A DNA stretch of 64,000 nt from Nitrospirota bacterium (lineage in GTDB: Bacteria > Nitrospirota > UBA9217), in the NCBI GenBank assembly GCA_963818475.1, contig CAWFSF010000002.1, positions 32,001-96,000 of the forward strand, written 5' to 3'. The notes under the pieces were generated by a model. The model saw only the letters and a program-made list of their open reading frames with translations, was not told the DNA's origin and searched no databases. This document shows positions 19,707 through 29,082 of this stretch, piece after piece. Numbering within the stretch: the stretch's first letter is position 1; every line of letters starts with the position of its first letter. The translations under genes and the position numbers were made by a program.

Positions 19707-19726
19707 TCGTAACGGAGTAGTTTGGA
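19707..19726 (-). mobile_element. Candidate attI-like site
   Basis: TCCAAAC-TACTCC-GTTACGA, 35 nt upstream of the first cassette ATG, with no attC hairpin. Confidence 0.35.
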
Positions 19727-19778
19727 TTCGGGCTTCTTTGTAATGCAAGCTCATCACCTGTATGCCATAAATTAACCA

Positions 19779-19883
19779 GTTATTGACTATAAGCAACCTG
19801 GTTTATGATACCATAAACAAGTTTATGCTATCATAAACCGGTTATTGCTATCATAAACTTTTGAGGTTTATGCTATGATAAAC
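19779..19883. repeat. Tandem array of the 18-bp palindrome GTTTATGNTANCATAAAC
   Basis: Copies at 19801, 19821, 19841, 19866; degenerate copy at 19779. Confidence 0.85.
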
Positions 19884-20075
19884 CTTTCCAACTCGGCGCC
19901 TTGATTTCACCGAACTGAACATACCAGCCACGGGTCGACTATACCACAAGCTGCAGACTACGAAAAGGAATTCTCAGCAGTTATTGAAAACACGCACCAC
20001 GATTGCCGCATACAATAGTTTACGACAAGAGGAGAGGATAAAAGCGAGTGGGGTTTTCAAGTGAAGACTGTATGC

Positions 20076-20831
20076 TCAGACAATGATCCTTTTTCTCATG
20101 AGCCGGAACGGGAACGGCGCGAGCACCAGCGCCATGACGACGATCCAGCCGGCGCTCCCGAGCGCAGCGGAGAGCGAACCGGCGGACAGGGCCCGGCAGA
20201 CGTTCACCAGATGGTAGAGCGGCGTGAAGACGGCGAGGTCTGAAACGATGCGCGGCATGGCATCGAGGGGGAAGAAGATCCCCGAGAAGAGAAAGAGCGG
20301 CGTCATGAAGAGCGTGTAGAAGTAGCTGAAGGAATCGATGCCCGGCACCTTTGCCGCGAACATGACCGAGAGCTCCGCGAAGATCAGGCCGCCGAGAAAG
20401 ACGAAGGGCAGCGCCAGAAGGATGAGCCAGGACTGTACGAGCCCGAAGAGCGCGATCACGATCATGATCGTGGCGCCGAAGATCACGCTCTTGGTCGCGC
20501 CCCAGATGAGCTCGCCGGCTATGAGGTCGTCGAGGTTCACCGGCGTTGCCAGGATCGCGTCAAAGGTCTTCTGGAAGGTCATGCGGATATAGGTGCCGTA
20601 GGTGCATTCGTACACCGCGGCAAAGACCGACGACGAGGCAACGATGCCCGGCGCGATGAACTGAATGTAGGGCTGGCCGTTGATGTTCTGCACGAACGTG
20701 CCGAGGCCGAACCCCATGGCCACGAGGTAGAGCGCGGGCTCGGCAAAGTTCAGGGCAAAGCTCGTCTTGTACAGCTTGGTGTACACGGTCCAGTGCCGCT
20801 GCCAGACCCTGAATGCCCGTTTAATCTGCAA
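20076..20831 (-). CDS. ABC-2 permease (NodJ-like)
   Basis: EPALYLVAMGFGLG, YIQFIAPG, PLFLFSGIFFP. Confidence 0.9.
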   Translation of the reverse strand: MQIKRAFRVWQRHWTVYTKLYKTSFALNFAEPALYLVAMGFGLGTFVQNINGQPYIQFIAPGIVASSSVFAAVYECTYGTYIRMTFQKTFDAILATPVNLDDLIAGELIWGATKSVIFGATIMIVIALFGLVQSWLILLALPFVFLGGLIFAELSVMFAAKVPGIDSFSYFYTLFMTPLFLFSGIFFPLDAMPRIVSDLAVFTPLYHLVNVCRALSAGSLSAALGSAGWIVVMALVLAPFPFRLMRKRIIV

Positions 20832-21552
20832 GGCTCCTCCCGGTCAGCTTCAGGTACACTTTCTCAAGGTTGCCGCCGTGCTCCGCCGTGAGCCGCGCCG
20901 GGGAATCGATGACCACGATCCTGCCGCTGTCCATGATCGCCACGCGGTCGCAGAGCTGTTCCGCCTCTTCCATGTAATGGGTCGTGAGCAGCAGCGTCGT
21001 GTTCTTCGCCTTGAGGTGGTTCAGCTTGTCCCAGACCGCGCGCCGGCTGTGCGGGTCCAGGCCGGTGGTGGGCTCGTCGAGGATGAGGATGTCGGGGTCG
21101 TTCACCAGGGAGCGCGCGAGCAGGAGGCGGTGCTTCATGCCGCCCGAGAGCTGGTCGATCTTTACATCGGCCTTGTCCCGGAGTTCCACGAAGTCGAGCA
21201 GCACGCGGGCAAGCCGTGTTGAATCTTTTTTGGGGATATCGAAGTACCGGGCATAGACCATGAGGTTCTCGATCACCGAGAGATCGGGGTCGAGGTTGTT
21301 GTCCTGCGGCATGACGCCGAGGCGGGCCTTGATCGCGCCGGGCTCTCCGGTCACGTCCATGCCGAAGACCGTCACCTTCCCGCTGGTGGGCGGCATGAAG
21401 CAAGAGATGATGCGCATCACCGTGGTCTTGCCCGCGCCGTTGGGCCCCAGAAAGCCGAAACATTCGCCTTCGGCAATGGAAACGTCGATGCCGTTCACTG
21501 CACGGAGGCCGTTGTAATCCTTGATCAGATTGTGGGCGACAACAATGTCCAT
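20821..21552 (-). CDS. ABC transporter ATP-binding protein (NodI-like)
   Basis: GPNGAGKTT, LSGGMK, ILDEPTTGLD, TTHYMEEA. Confidence 0.93.
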   Translation of the reverse strand: MDIVVAHNLIKDYNGLRAVNGIDVSIAEGECFGFLGPNGAGKTTVMRIISCFMPPTSGKVTVFGMDVTGEPGAIKARLGVMPQDNNLDPDLSVIENLMVYARYFDIPKKDSTRLARVLLDFVELRDKADVKIDQLSGGMKHRLLLARSLVNDPDILILDEPTTGLDPHSRRAVWDKLNHLKAKNTTLLLTTHYMEEAEQLCDRVAIMDSGRIVVIDSPARLTAEHGGNLEKVYLKLTGRSLAD

Positions 21553-21592
21553 GCTACGTCCTAACTCCTGACTCCGAGCTCCTAACTCCGAA

Positions 21593-21832
21593 CTACTGCT
21601 CCTTCAGCGCCTCCAGGGACTGCAGGACCCGTTCCACTTTTTCACGGATATGCATGCGCCTGCTGTGGAGATGCTCCAGGTCCTGCGACGATCGCCTGGC
21701 CTGAGCGAGCTCATTCTCCAGTTCGCGCACGCGTTTTTTGAGCCCCTTGTTCTCGCTTACCAGCGCCTGTACCCGCTGCTCCACGATCGCAAAATCGGCT
21801 TCGATCCTCTTTACTGCATCGTCATCCTGCAT
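21593..21832 (-). CDS. ZapB-like coiled-coil protein
   Basis: 79-aa heptad coiled coil ending IREKVERVLQSLE; GGAG RBS. Confidence 0.6.
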   Translation of the reverse strand: MQDDDAVKRIEADFAIVEQRVQALVSENKGLKKRVRELENELAQARRSSQDLEHLHSRRMHIREKVERVLQSLEALKEQ

Positions 21833-21876
21833 AGGCAACTCCGCAATGGTGGCCGCGCGCTTCCGAGCGAATGCGG

Positions 21877-24252
21877 CTACCGTCCCCCGATGACCGGGCT
21901 CTCGACCGGCCCATCCTGCACCACTGGCAGCGACCTGGCAACCGGGACCGTCTTGCCGTAGATACGCTTGTATTCGGCGTAGTTCCTGAGCACTTTTTTG
22001 ACATATCCCCGCGTTTCTGAGAAGGGGATCGATTCGACGAACACATCGCGCTCCATGTTTGCCGAGCCGTTCCGACCCATCCAGGACGTTACCGCCTCGG
22101 GCCCGGCATTGTACGCCGCCGCCACAAAGAGCGGATCGCTCTTGAACCGCTTCATCAGGTGGCCGATATACCATGTTCCGACGTTGATGGCCATGTCCGG
22201 CTCAAAGAGCCGCGACCGGTCGAAGCCCGGTACGCCGGCGTTCCGCGCGATCCACTCCCCGGTTTGCGGCATGACCTGCATCACGCCGCGGGCGCCGGCC
22301 GGCGAGAGCGCAGCTGCGTGGAACTGGCTCTCTTCGCGAATGATGGCGGCAATGAAATACGGGTCCTGCCCATACTTTTTTGAATAGCTTGCGATGCTGT
22401 CCCAATATCCCTGGGGATAGGCGAGCACCCAGAGGTCCGCAGGCGTCTCCTGCGTCCGACCGTCGAGATAGGGCTGGTAGTTCCGGAGCACGAGGGTCAG
22501 TGAGCGGTAGTAATCGCCGAGATCGAAAAAGGCCTTGCTCAGCCCGATGAGCGCACCGCGTTTATGCGGCAGCCGTTCCTGCAGGCTCCACAGCTCCTGG
22601 GCAGCCTCTTTCCTCATGTCCAGGTGCATGAGCTCAAGTGTTTTTTTGAAGCTCGGCTCGGCTGCCAGCAGCTGCCTGGTCTCGTCGGTCCAGACCGGCG
22701 GCCCGTCTTCCGTGTCATAGGCAGTGAGCGGGTCCTCGGGGCAGGTTTCTGCACCGCAGTCCGGAACAGCGTCAACAGAAATGTCCGTGGGTGCGGACCC
22801 ATGAGGGGACTTGAGAGCGGCCAGGCGCTCGGCCGCCAGGTATCCATAATAGGTATAGGGGCCTTTTTGGAGCACCCGTTTGTAGAATACAGCGGCACGT
22901 GCAGGATCATCGCGTTTCTCTGCTGTTTTACCCTGCCAGTAGCGGGCCTGATGCACCAGGAAGGATTGGGGATATCTGCTGACCAGCTTCTGCAGGGTCT
23001 GTTCGGTTTTTTTAAATTCTCCTGCCCCGTAGTACGCCCAGGCATTCCACCAGATCGCACTGTCGGCAAACTTGCTCCTGGGATACTCCGACGCCAGCCT
23101 CCCGTAGAATTTGAGCGCCATTTTGACATCGTTCGCTTCACGGTAGATGTTCCCGATATAGAAGAGCGCGTCGTCGGCCCATTCGCACGCGGGGTAGGAG
23201 CTCATGATCTTCTGGAACGTCCTGATCCCTTTCTCGCGTTCGCCCAGCTTGCTGTAGGACCTGCCGAGCCAGTGCAGTGCCTCTGCCGTCTGCTCCTGCG
23301 CGGGATAGTCCTTCACCAGCTGCTCGAGAACGGCCGCGGACTCTCCCCGCTTGCCGAGATTGAACAGGGCGATGCCCATCCTGAGCAGGATGTCGGGCCG
23401 GTTCGGCGGATTCGGCTCCCGCTCCAGCAGCAGCCTGAAGGTCTGCACGGTCTTGTCATGCTGATTCGTAAGGGAGAAGTTCTTTCCACGCTCGGAGAGC
23501 TCCCCAAGAGTATAGTCGGCGATAGCAACACCGTCTGCACTGAGGTCTGCCAGCGCTTTTGCCGCATCATGGTCGGCAGCCGTGCCGGGATAGGAGACCG
23601 ATACCGCACGAAAGGCGCGCGCAGCCTCATCGGCTCTGGCATCGGCGAGCAGCGCCCGGCCGAGCCCCACGCCGCTGTCAGGAGCGAACTCCGATCGGGG
23701 ATGGTCTTTAAGGAAGCTTTCAAAGGCTTCGATTGCAGGCAGCGGAGCGGAAGACGCGAGCAGGGCACGGGCGCGCTGATAGGCCGCACGCTCTGCCAGG
23801 GAGCTCTCGGGGTACCGCTCCACGACCTGCTGATACAGTGCAGCGGCTTGCGTGTAGCGAGCTTTGGAGAACTGGTGGTCGGCCAGGATCGCGACGGCAT
23901 AGTCGGCAAGGTCAGGATACTCGGTTTGTATGCGCAGCATGGCCGCATTTGCGTCGCCTTCCCGGTCCAGCTTGATGAGTGCCTGCTCTGCAAGGAACAG
24001 CGAGCGCTGATGCCATGCCGTGGCCGGGTACAGCTCCTGCACCTGTCGGCAAACTATGAGAACAGCTTCAAAATTGCCGGCTTTGTAGAGGTCCAGCGCG
24101 GTCCGCAGCCCCTGCCCTGCATCGGTCAGGGTTTGTGGTGAATAGGCCCCCCGCTGCTGCTCGACTGTTTCCGGAGGGGCGGTCATTGTCGGGATACAGG
24201 CCGTCAGGAGGGAGATCAGGACTATTGAGAGATTTTTTTTTGAAAAAGGCAT
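21877..24252 (-). CDS. slt: TPR-repeat soluble lytic transglycosylase lipoprotein
   Basis: LLTAC lipobox, TPRs, IIREESQF, GARGVMQVMP, AAYNAGP, ETRGYVKKV. Confidence 0.9.
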   Translation of the reverse strand: MPFSKKNLSIVLISLLTACIPTMTAPPETVEQQRGAYSPQTLTDAGQGLRTALDLYKAGNFEAVLIVCRQVQELYPATAWHQRSLFLAEQALIKLDREGDANAAMLRIQTEYPDLADYAVAILADHQFSKARYTQAAALYQQVVERYPESSLAERAAYQRARALLASSAPLPAIEAFESFLKDHPRSEFAPDSGVGLGRALLADARADEAARAFRAVSVSYPGTAADHDAAKALADLSADGVAIADYTLGELSERGKNFSLTNQHDKTVQTFRLLLEREPNPPNRPDILLRMGIALFNLGKRGESAAVLEQLVKDYPAQEQTAEALHWLGRSYSKLGEREKGIRTFQKIMSSYPACEWADDALFYIGNIYREANDVKMALKFYGRLASEYPRSKFADSAIWWNAWAYYGAGEFKKTEQTLQKLVSRYPQSFLVHQARYWQGKTAEKRDDPARAAVFYKRVLQKGPYTYYGYLAAERLAALKSPHGSAPTDISVDAVPDCGAETCPEDPLTAYDTEDGPPVWTDETRQLLAAEPSFKKTLELMHLDMRKEAAQELWSLQERLPHKRGALIGLSKAFFDLGDYYRSLTLVLRNYQPYLDGRTQETPADLWVLAYPQGYWDSIASYSKKYGQDPYFIAAIIREESQFHAAALSPAGARGVMQVMPQTGEWIARNAGVPGFDRSRLFEPDMAINVGTWYIGHLMKRFKSDPLFVAAAYNAGPEAVTSWMGRNGSANMERDVFVESIPFSETRGYVKKVLRNYAEYKRIYGKTVPVARSLPVVQDGPVESPVIGGR

Positions 24253-24398
24253 TTGTATTCCTGACAGGAATTTTCCATAACGTACGGGGTCACGACTGCT
24301 TTATATAATATAGGGTGGAGTCTGGCATGTCAATAGAAGTTGTCGGCCAGTTCAGGAAACAGTGGCAGCAGGAGAGAACAGCGATGTGCAATGAAGGT

Positions 24399-24423
24399 GT
24401 AGGGGCAGGTTTAAAACCTGCCC
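24399..24423. repeat. Single REP-like palindrome
   Basis: GTAG-GGGCAGGTTT-AAAACCTGCCC. Confidence 0.6.
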
Positions 24424-24478
24424 GTGCAATTTCAAAAAAGGGAAAGAAGTGTGTGCTAATAGACAGCAAGGGATCGTG

Positions 24479-24506
24479 AAAAAAAGGGCGGGGATCGCTC
24501 CCCGCC
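24479..24506 (-). terminator. Rho-independent terminator of the lipoprotein cluster
   Basis: GGCGGGGA-GCGA-TCCCCGCC then CTTTTTTT on the minus strand. Confidence 0.8.
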
Positions 24507-24581
24507 TGTTTCGTTAAAGGTATGTTACTTAATTTGATGATTCTGCTTCTCGTTGCCAGTAGCGCTGAATCACCAGCCGGA

Positions 24582-26724
24582 TCACTGGATCGTGCCGGTG
24601 GTGGCGACGGAGGAAGGGCCGCTTCCCGCCGCGGCCGGGGCAGCCGTCATCGGGGTGAGCGCACCGACGGCGCCGATGGTGAACTGGTAGACGCCGGCGC
24701 TGCCGGTCGCATAGGCATATCTGCCGGAAAGATCGACGGTAACGGAGTTCGTTCCGTTTCCGGTGCTGAACGGTGAACCGGCAACTGCAGTGAGCGTCCC
24801 GGCGCTGGTGTCAATTGCCTGGGCCGATACCTGGTTCATGACATCGAATGGCGTCATGTACAGATAGCGCCCGGCCGGATCGAGCGCCAGGGCGTCAGGG
24901 GCGCTCGGCGCGCCAAAGCACAGCCCGCCCGGGTCTGCATCGGCGCGCGTAAGCAATCCCGTTGCGGTATTGATACCGAACACCCAGGTCGTTCCGCAGG
25001 CCGTCGCGGCATACACAAAACGGCCGGTCGGATCCGCGGCGATCGAAACGGGGCGGGCATTGGTAACGCTCAGACCCTGAATTGAGGCCAGTGCTCCGGT
25101 CGCGGGATCGATCGAGAAGGCAGTGATGGTGTCATTGAGCAGGTTGGTGACGTACACGAACCGGCCTGAAGGGTCGACATCAAGGGAGCTTGAGCCGTTT
25201 CCGGCCCCGAAGGGCGAACCGGCGATCGCCGTGAGCGCGCCGGTCAAGGCGTTGACCGTGTAGGCCGAAACGCTGCCGAAACTCGGCCACCCGTAGTTTG
25301 ACACGTACACGAATCGTCCCGACGGATCGATGCTCACCGCCGTCGGCGACGTGCCGGCCGCGAACGGCGAGCCGCCGGCCGGAGTGAGGGCGCGGGTGAC
25401 CGGGTCGATGGTGTATGCCGAAACATTGTTGGAATTGTAATTGGCGACGTAGGCGAACTTGCCCGAGGGATCGACGATAACGGAATGCGGTGACGTTCCC
25501 GTTGCGACCGTGGCGAGCGTCATCGGGGTAAGCGCACCGCTTGTTCCGATGGTGTATTGCGATACGGAGTTGGAGCCGGCGTTGGCCACATACGCCGCCT
25601 TCGGCGTGTATTTGACGGCGCTGCTGCCCGCGGCTATGCTGATCGACATAGGACCGGAGCGGGCAGCTATGGTCCCTGCCGCAGTCAAGGCGCCTGAGGC
25701 CGGATCGATGGTATAGACCAATACCGTGCAGGAGCCGTAATTCGTTACATAGGCATATTTGCCCGTCGGGTCTACAGTGACGGAACGAGGAGAGGTCCCC
25801 GCCGCAACGGTGCCTGCGGGAACCAATGCCCCGGTGGTCTGATCGATCGTGTACCGGGAGACATCGTCGGAACCGGAGTTTGCCGTATAGGCGAACTTGC
25901 CTGAAGGGTCAACGGCTATGGAATAAGGCGTTGTCCCCGCGGTCACCGTCCCTGCGGAAAGTCAATTCCCCGGTGGTTGGATCGATGGAATACATCGAGA
26001 TGCTGTCGGAGCCCTCATTCGCCACATAGGCAAATTTACCTGAAGGGCCCACGACGACCGACTTCGGATTAGTTTCAGCGGCCGCAGAACCAGCAGGAGT
26101 CAGCTCCCCGGTAGTCTGATCGATCGTATATGCCGAAACACTGCTGGAAAAGTAATTTGCCGCGTAGGCGAACTTGCCGGTGGGGTCCACGGCGAACGAC
26201 TTTGGATTCAGCTCGGTGGAAACCGCTGTCCCTGCAGTCAGGGCGCCGGTGGTCTGGTCGATAGTATAGACCGACACATCGAAGGAGGCCTCATTTGCCA
26301 CATACGCGAACCTGCCGGTCGGGTCCACGGTCACGTAGTAAGGCCACGTCCCCGCGGTAACGGTTGCGCCTGAGGTCAAAGCACCGGTGGCCTGGTTGAT
26401 GGCATAGACCGATACGTTGTTGGAGCCGTAGTTTGCCGCATAGGCGAACCTGCCTTTCGGGTCAACGGTTACGGAGAGCGGCTGCGTCCCTGCGCTCACG
26501 TATCCGTTGTGCCTCATTTGACCGGTCGCACCGTTGATGGTATAGAGGGAGATCGTGCCGTCACCAACGTTCGCCACATAGGCAAAGCGCGGGTACACGT
26601 GCGCTGAACTCCCCCCGCCCTCACTTCCGCCTCCTCCTCCGCAGTTGACCAGCGAGAACGAAGCCATCAGAGCAAGTGCTGCGACTGCAAAAAAGCTGAA
26701 CCTCATGGTGCGAGTACTATTCAT
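24582..26724 (-). CDS. Double lactonase-like beta-propeller lipoprotein (frameshift near 25950)
   Basis: LVNC-GGGGG lipobox; many P.SVTVDPSGKFAYVAN repeats; ends TTGTIQ. Confidence 0.85.
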
Positions 26725-26779
26725 GTGAACCTCCTTGAAAGGTATGACGTTCTATTGATGCCATGACCCAACCGCCATG

Positions 26780-26895
26780 GTCCGGCTTTACTGATAACGG
26801 TTGGCCCAAATATTGTTCCGCGTGAAATCGTACTGAGCCAACATCACCCCCTGGCGTAGCCCCTCCCCCTCCCCCGCCTCCGCCGCACGCGGAAC
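26780..26895 (-). pseudogene. Relic of another lipoprotein N-terminus
   Basis: Intergenic minus frame reads SACGGGGGGGGATPGGDVGSVRF...QPLSVKPD with no start or signal helix. Confidence 0.45.
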
Positions 26896-26902
26896 TCCGG
26901 GC

Positions 26903-29053
26903 TCACTGGATCGTGCCGGTGGTAGTGATGGAGATAGGCCCGGTTCCTGCCGGCATGGTGCCGATCTCAGTCAGGGCGCCGGATGTGGCATTGATGGTAT
27001 AGACCGAAACGTCGCTGGAGCCAAGATTCGCCACGTAGGCGAACTTGCCCGAGGGATCGACGGTGATGGACCGCGGCTGATCCCCGGCTGTCACGGTGGC
27101 AAAACTGGTCAGGGCTCCGGTCGTGGCGTGGATGCTGAATGCCGAGACGTTGCCGCCGCCGTTCGCGACGTAGGCGAACCTGCCCGAGGGTTCAACAATG
27201 ATGGACCGGGGATCCGTGCCGGCCGCTGCTGCAGAGGCATTGATGAGAGCGCCCGTTGTGTTTATGACATAGGACGAAACGCCGTTGGCGTGCGCCACGT
27301 AAACGAACCTGCCCGAGGGATCGACGGTGATGCAGGTCGGATTGGGGCCGGTGGTAAGTTCCCCGCCCACGGGAGTCAGGGCGCCGGTGCCGGTATTGAT
27401 GGAATAGATGGAAACACTGCCGGAACCGATATTGAACTGGTAGGAATTTGCCACATAGGCGAACCTGCCTGAAGGATCGACGGCAACAGATATCGGGTCG
27501 ATTCCCGCCGGCGCCGAACCGGTCCAGGTCAAAGCACCGGTCCCGGCGTCGATGGCATGGATCGAGACGTTGTAGGCGGCCTGGTTCGCCACGTAGGCGA
27601 ACCTGCCCGAAGGCTCGACAACGATGGAGGCGGGATTGCTCCCGACCCCGGCGGCTGCGCTGCCCCGGGTAAGCGCTCCGGTCGCGCCGTCTATGGTATA
27701 GGGCGCGACGTTCTGGGTGGGGGTTTCGATCAGGATCTCATGGGTGGTGTAGGCGAACTTGCCAAAAGGATCGACGGCAACGGACGTGGGGAGGTTTATC
27801 GTCGTCGTGGTACCGGCAGTGGCGAGGGCGCCTGTTGCGGCGTGAATGGTGTACGCCGACACGCTGCTGGAACCGTAATTTGCCACGTAGGCGAACTTCG
27901 GCGCGTAGGTCACGGCTGCCGTACCTTTGCTCATGGCCATGGCTGCGCAGCCTTTGCGGGCCGCGACCGTGGACGGGGTGTTCAAGCCGGCGGGGGTGAT
28001 GGGAAAGATCGAAACAGTATTAGAGCCCTGGTTCGTCACATAGAGGAACTTGCCTGAAGGGTCGATGGTGACGGATGAAGGGTTGATGCCGGCTGCTATG
28101 GTTCCCATGCCGGTCAGAGCGCCCGTCCCGGGGTCGATGCTGTATTGTGACACGTTCGCGGTGTTGTAGTTCGCCACGTACACGAACTTGCCCGAAGGAT
28201 CGACAGTGACAGCGATGGGAAAGTCTCCCATTGATGCAAAGGGACTGCCTGCCACAGGGCTCAAGGCGCCGGTGGTGGCATTGACGGAATAGGCAAGGAT
28301 ACTGCCGAAGTTGAGGGTAGCGGCCACATAGACGAACTTGCCCGAGGGGTCGACGGCGACGGACCGCATCGCAAACCCGGTCGCCACGGTCCCGGCGCTC
28401 GTGAGCGCACCTGTTGCCGGGTTAATGGTGAATGCAGAGATCTCCCCGCCGTTCGTTGCCACGAAAGCGAACTTGCCGGAGGCGGCTACGGTGACGGAGA
28501 GGGGCTGGGCTCCTGTGGTGAAATTCTGGATGCCCGCCGTTCCGCTGTCGGCATCGATCTGCGTGAGCGCTCCTGTCGCGGCATCGATGGTGTAGGCGGA
28601 GACACTGGCGGAGCCGAAATTAGCCACGTAGGCGAACTTGCCTGCAGGGTCCATGGTGACGGAGTAGGGACTGGTCCCCGCCGTCACCGTCCCGGCACTG
28701 GTGAGCGCGCCCGTCGAGGCGTTGATGGTGTAGCACGAGACGGTGGTGGAGCCGTAATTCGCCACATAAGCGAACTTGCCGGAAGGGTCGACAATGACCG
28801 ATTGGGGGCCGGCGCCGGTCATTGCATAGCCATTGTGCCTCAGCTTGCCGTTGGCCGCGTTCACTGTGTAGATCGAGATCGTATTGTCCCCGCTATTGGC
28901 CACATAGGCAAAGCGCGGGACGTTGCTGGCCGGCGGCGCAGCGGATGTACCGCCTCCCCCGCCGCAGCCAGTGAGCGCGGCAAGAGCGAAGAGGATGAAG
29001 AGTGTGGATACTCTGGTTTTGTCTTTCAATGAATTATTCTCCTTGGTTAGCAC
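26903..29053 (-). CDS. Double lactonase-like beta-propeller lipoprotein
   Basis: LTGC-GGGGG lipobox; VDPSGKFAYVAN repeats; ends TTGTIQ; paralog of 24582-26724; start approximate. Confidence 0.9.
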   Translation of the reverse strand: MLTKENNSLKDKTRVSTLFILFALAALTGCGGGGGTSAAPPASNVPRFAYVANSGDNTISIYTVNAANGKLRHNGYAMTGAGPQSVIVDPSGKFAYVANYGSTTVSCYTINASTGALTSAGTVTAGTSPYSVTMDPAGKFAYVANFGSASVSAYTIDAATGALTQIDADSGTAGIQNFTTGAQPLSVTVAASGKFAFVATNGGEISAFTINPATGALTSAGTVATGFAMRSVAVDPSGKFVYVAATLNFGSILAYSVNATTGALSPVAGSPFASMGDFPIAVTVDPSGKFVYVANYNTANVSQYSIDPGTGALTGMGTIAAGINPSSVTIDPSGKFLYVTNQGSNTVSIFPITPAGLNTPSTVAARKGCAAMAMSKGTAAVTYAPKFAYVANYGSSSVSAYTIHAATGALATAGTTTTINLPTSVAVDPFGKFAYTTHEILIETPTQNVAPYTIDGATGALTRGSAAAGVGSNPASIVVEPSGRFAYVANQAAYNVSIHAIDAGTGALTWTGSAPAGIDPISVAVDPSGRFAYVANSYQFNIGSGSVSIYSINTGTGALTPVGGELTTGPNPTCITVDPSGRFVYVAHANGVSSYVINTTGALINASAAAAGTDPRSIIVEPSGRFAYVANGGGNVSAFSIHATTGALTSFATVTAGDQPRSITVDPSGKFAYVANLGSSDVSVYTINATSGALTEIGTMPAGTGPISITTTGTIQ

Positions 29054-29082
29054 ATATAAAACGACAGGTACTTACAACGCCG

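Noticed and set aside
19779-19883. CRISPR array
   Set aside because: Repeats are 18 bp with 2-7-nt gaps, there are no unique spacers, and no cas genes are present.
19884-20075. Integron integrase remnant
   Set aside because: No ORF or tyrosine-recombinase motif is recognisable in this gap.
22564-24141. Long antisense ORFs (also 3857-5059, 36840-38162, 40395-41543, 44367-45575, 59230-60516, 62408-63580)
   Set aside because: Shadow frames of well-supported genes in GC-rich DNA, with no motifs of their own.
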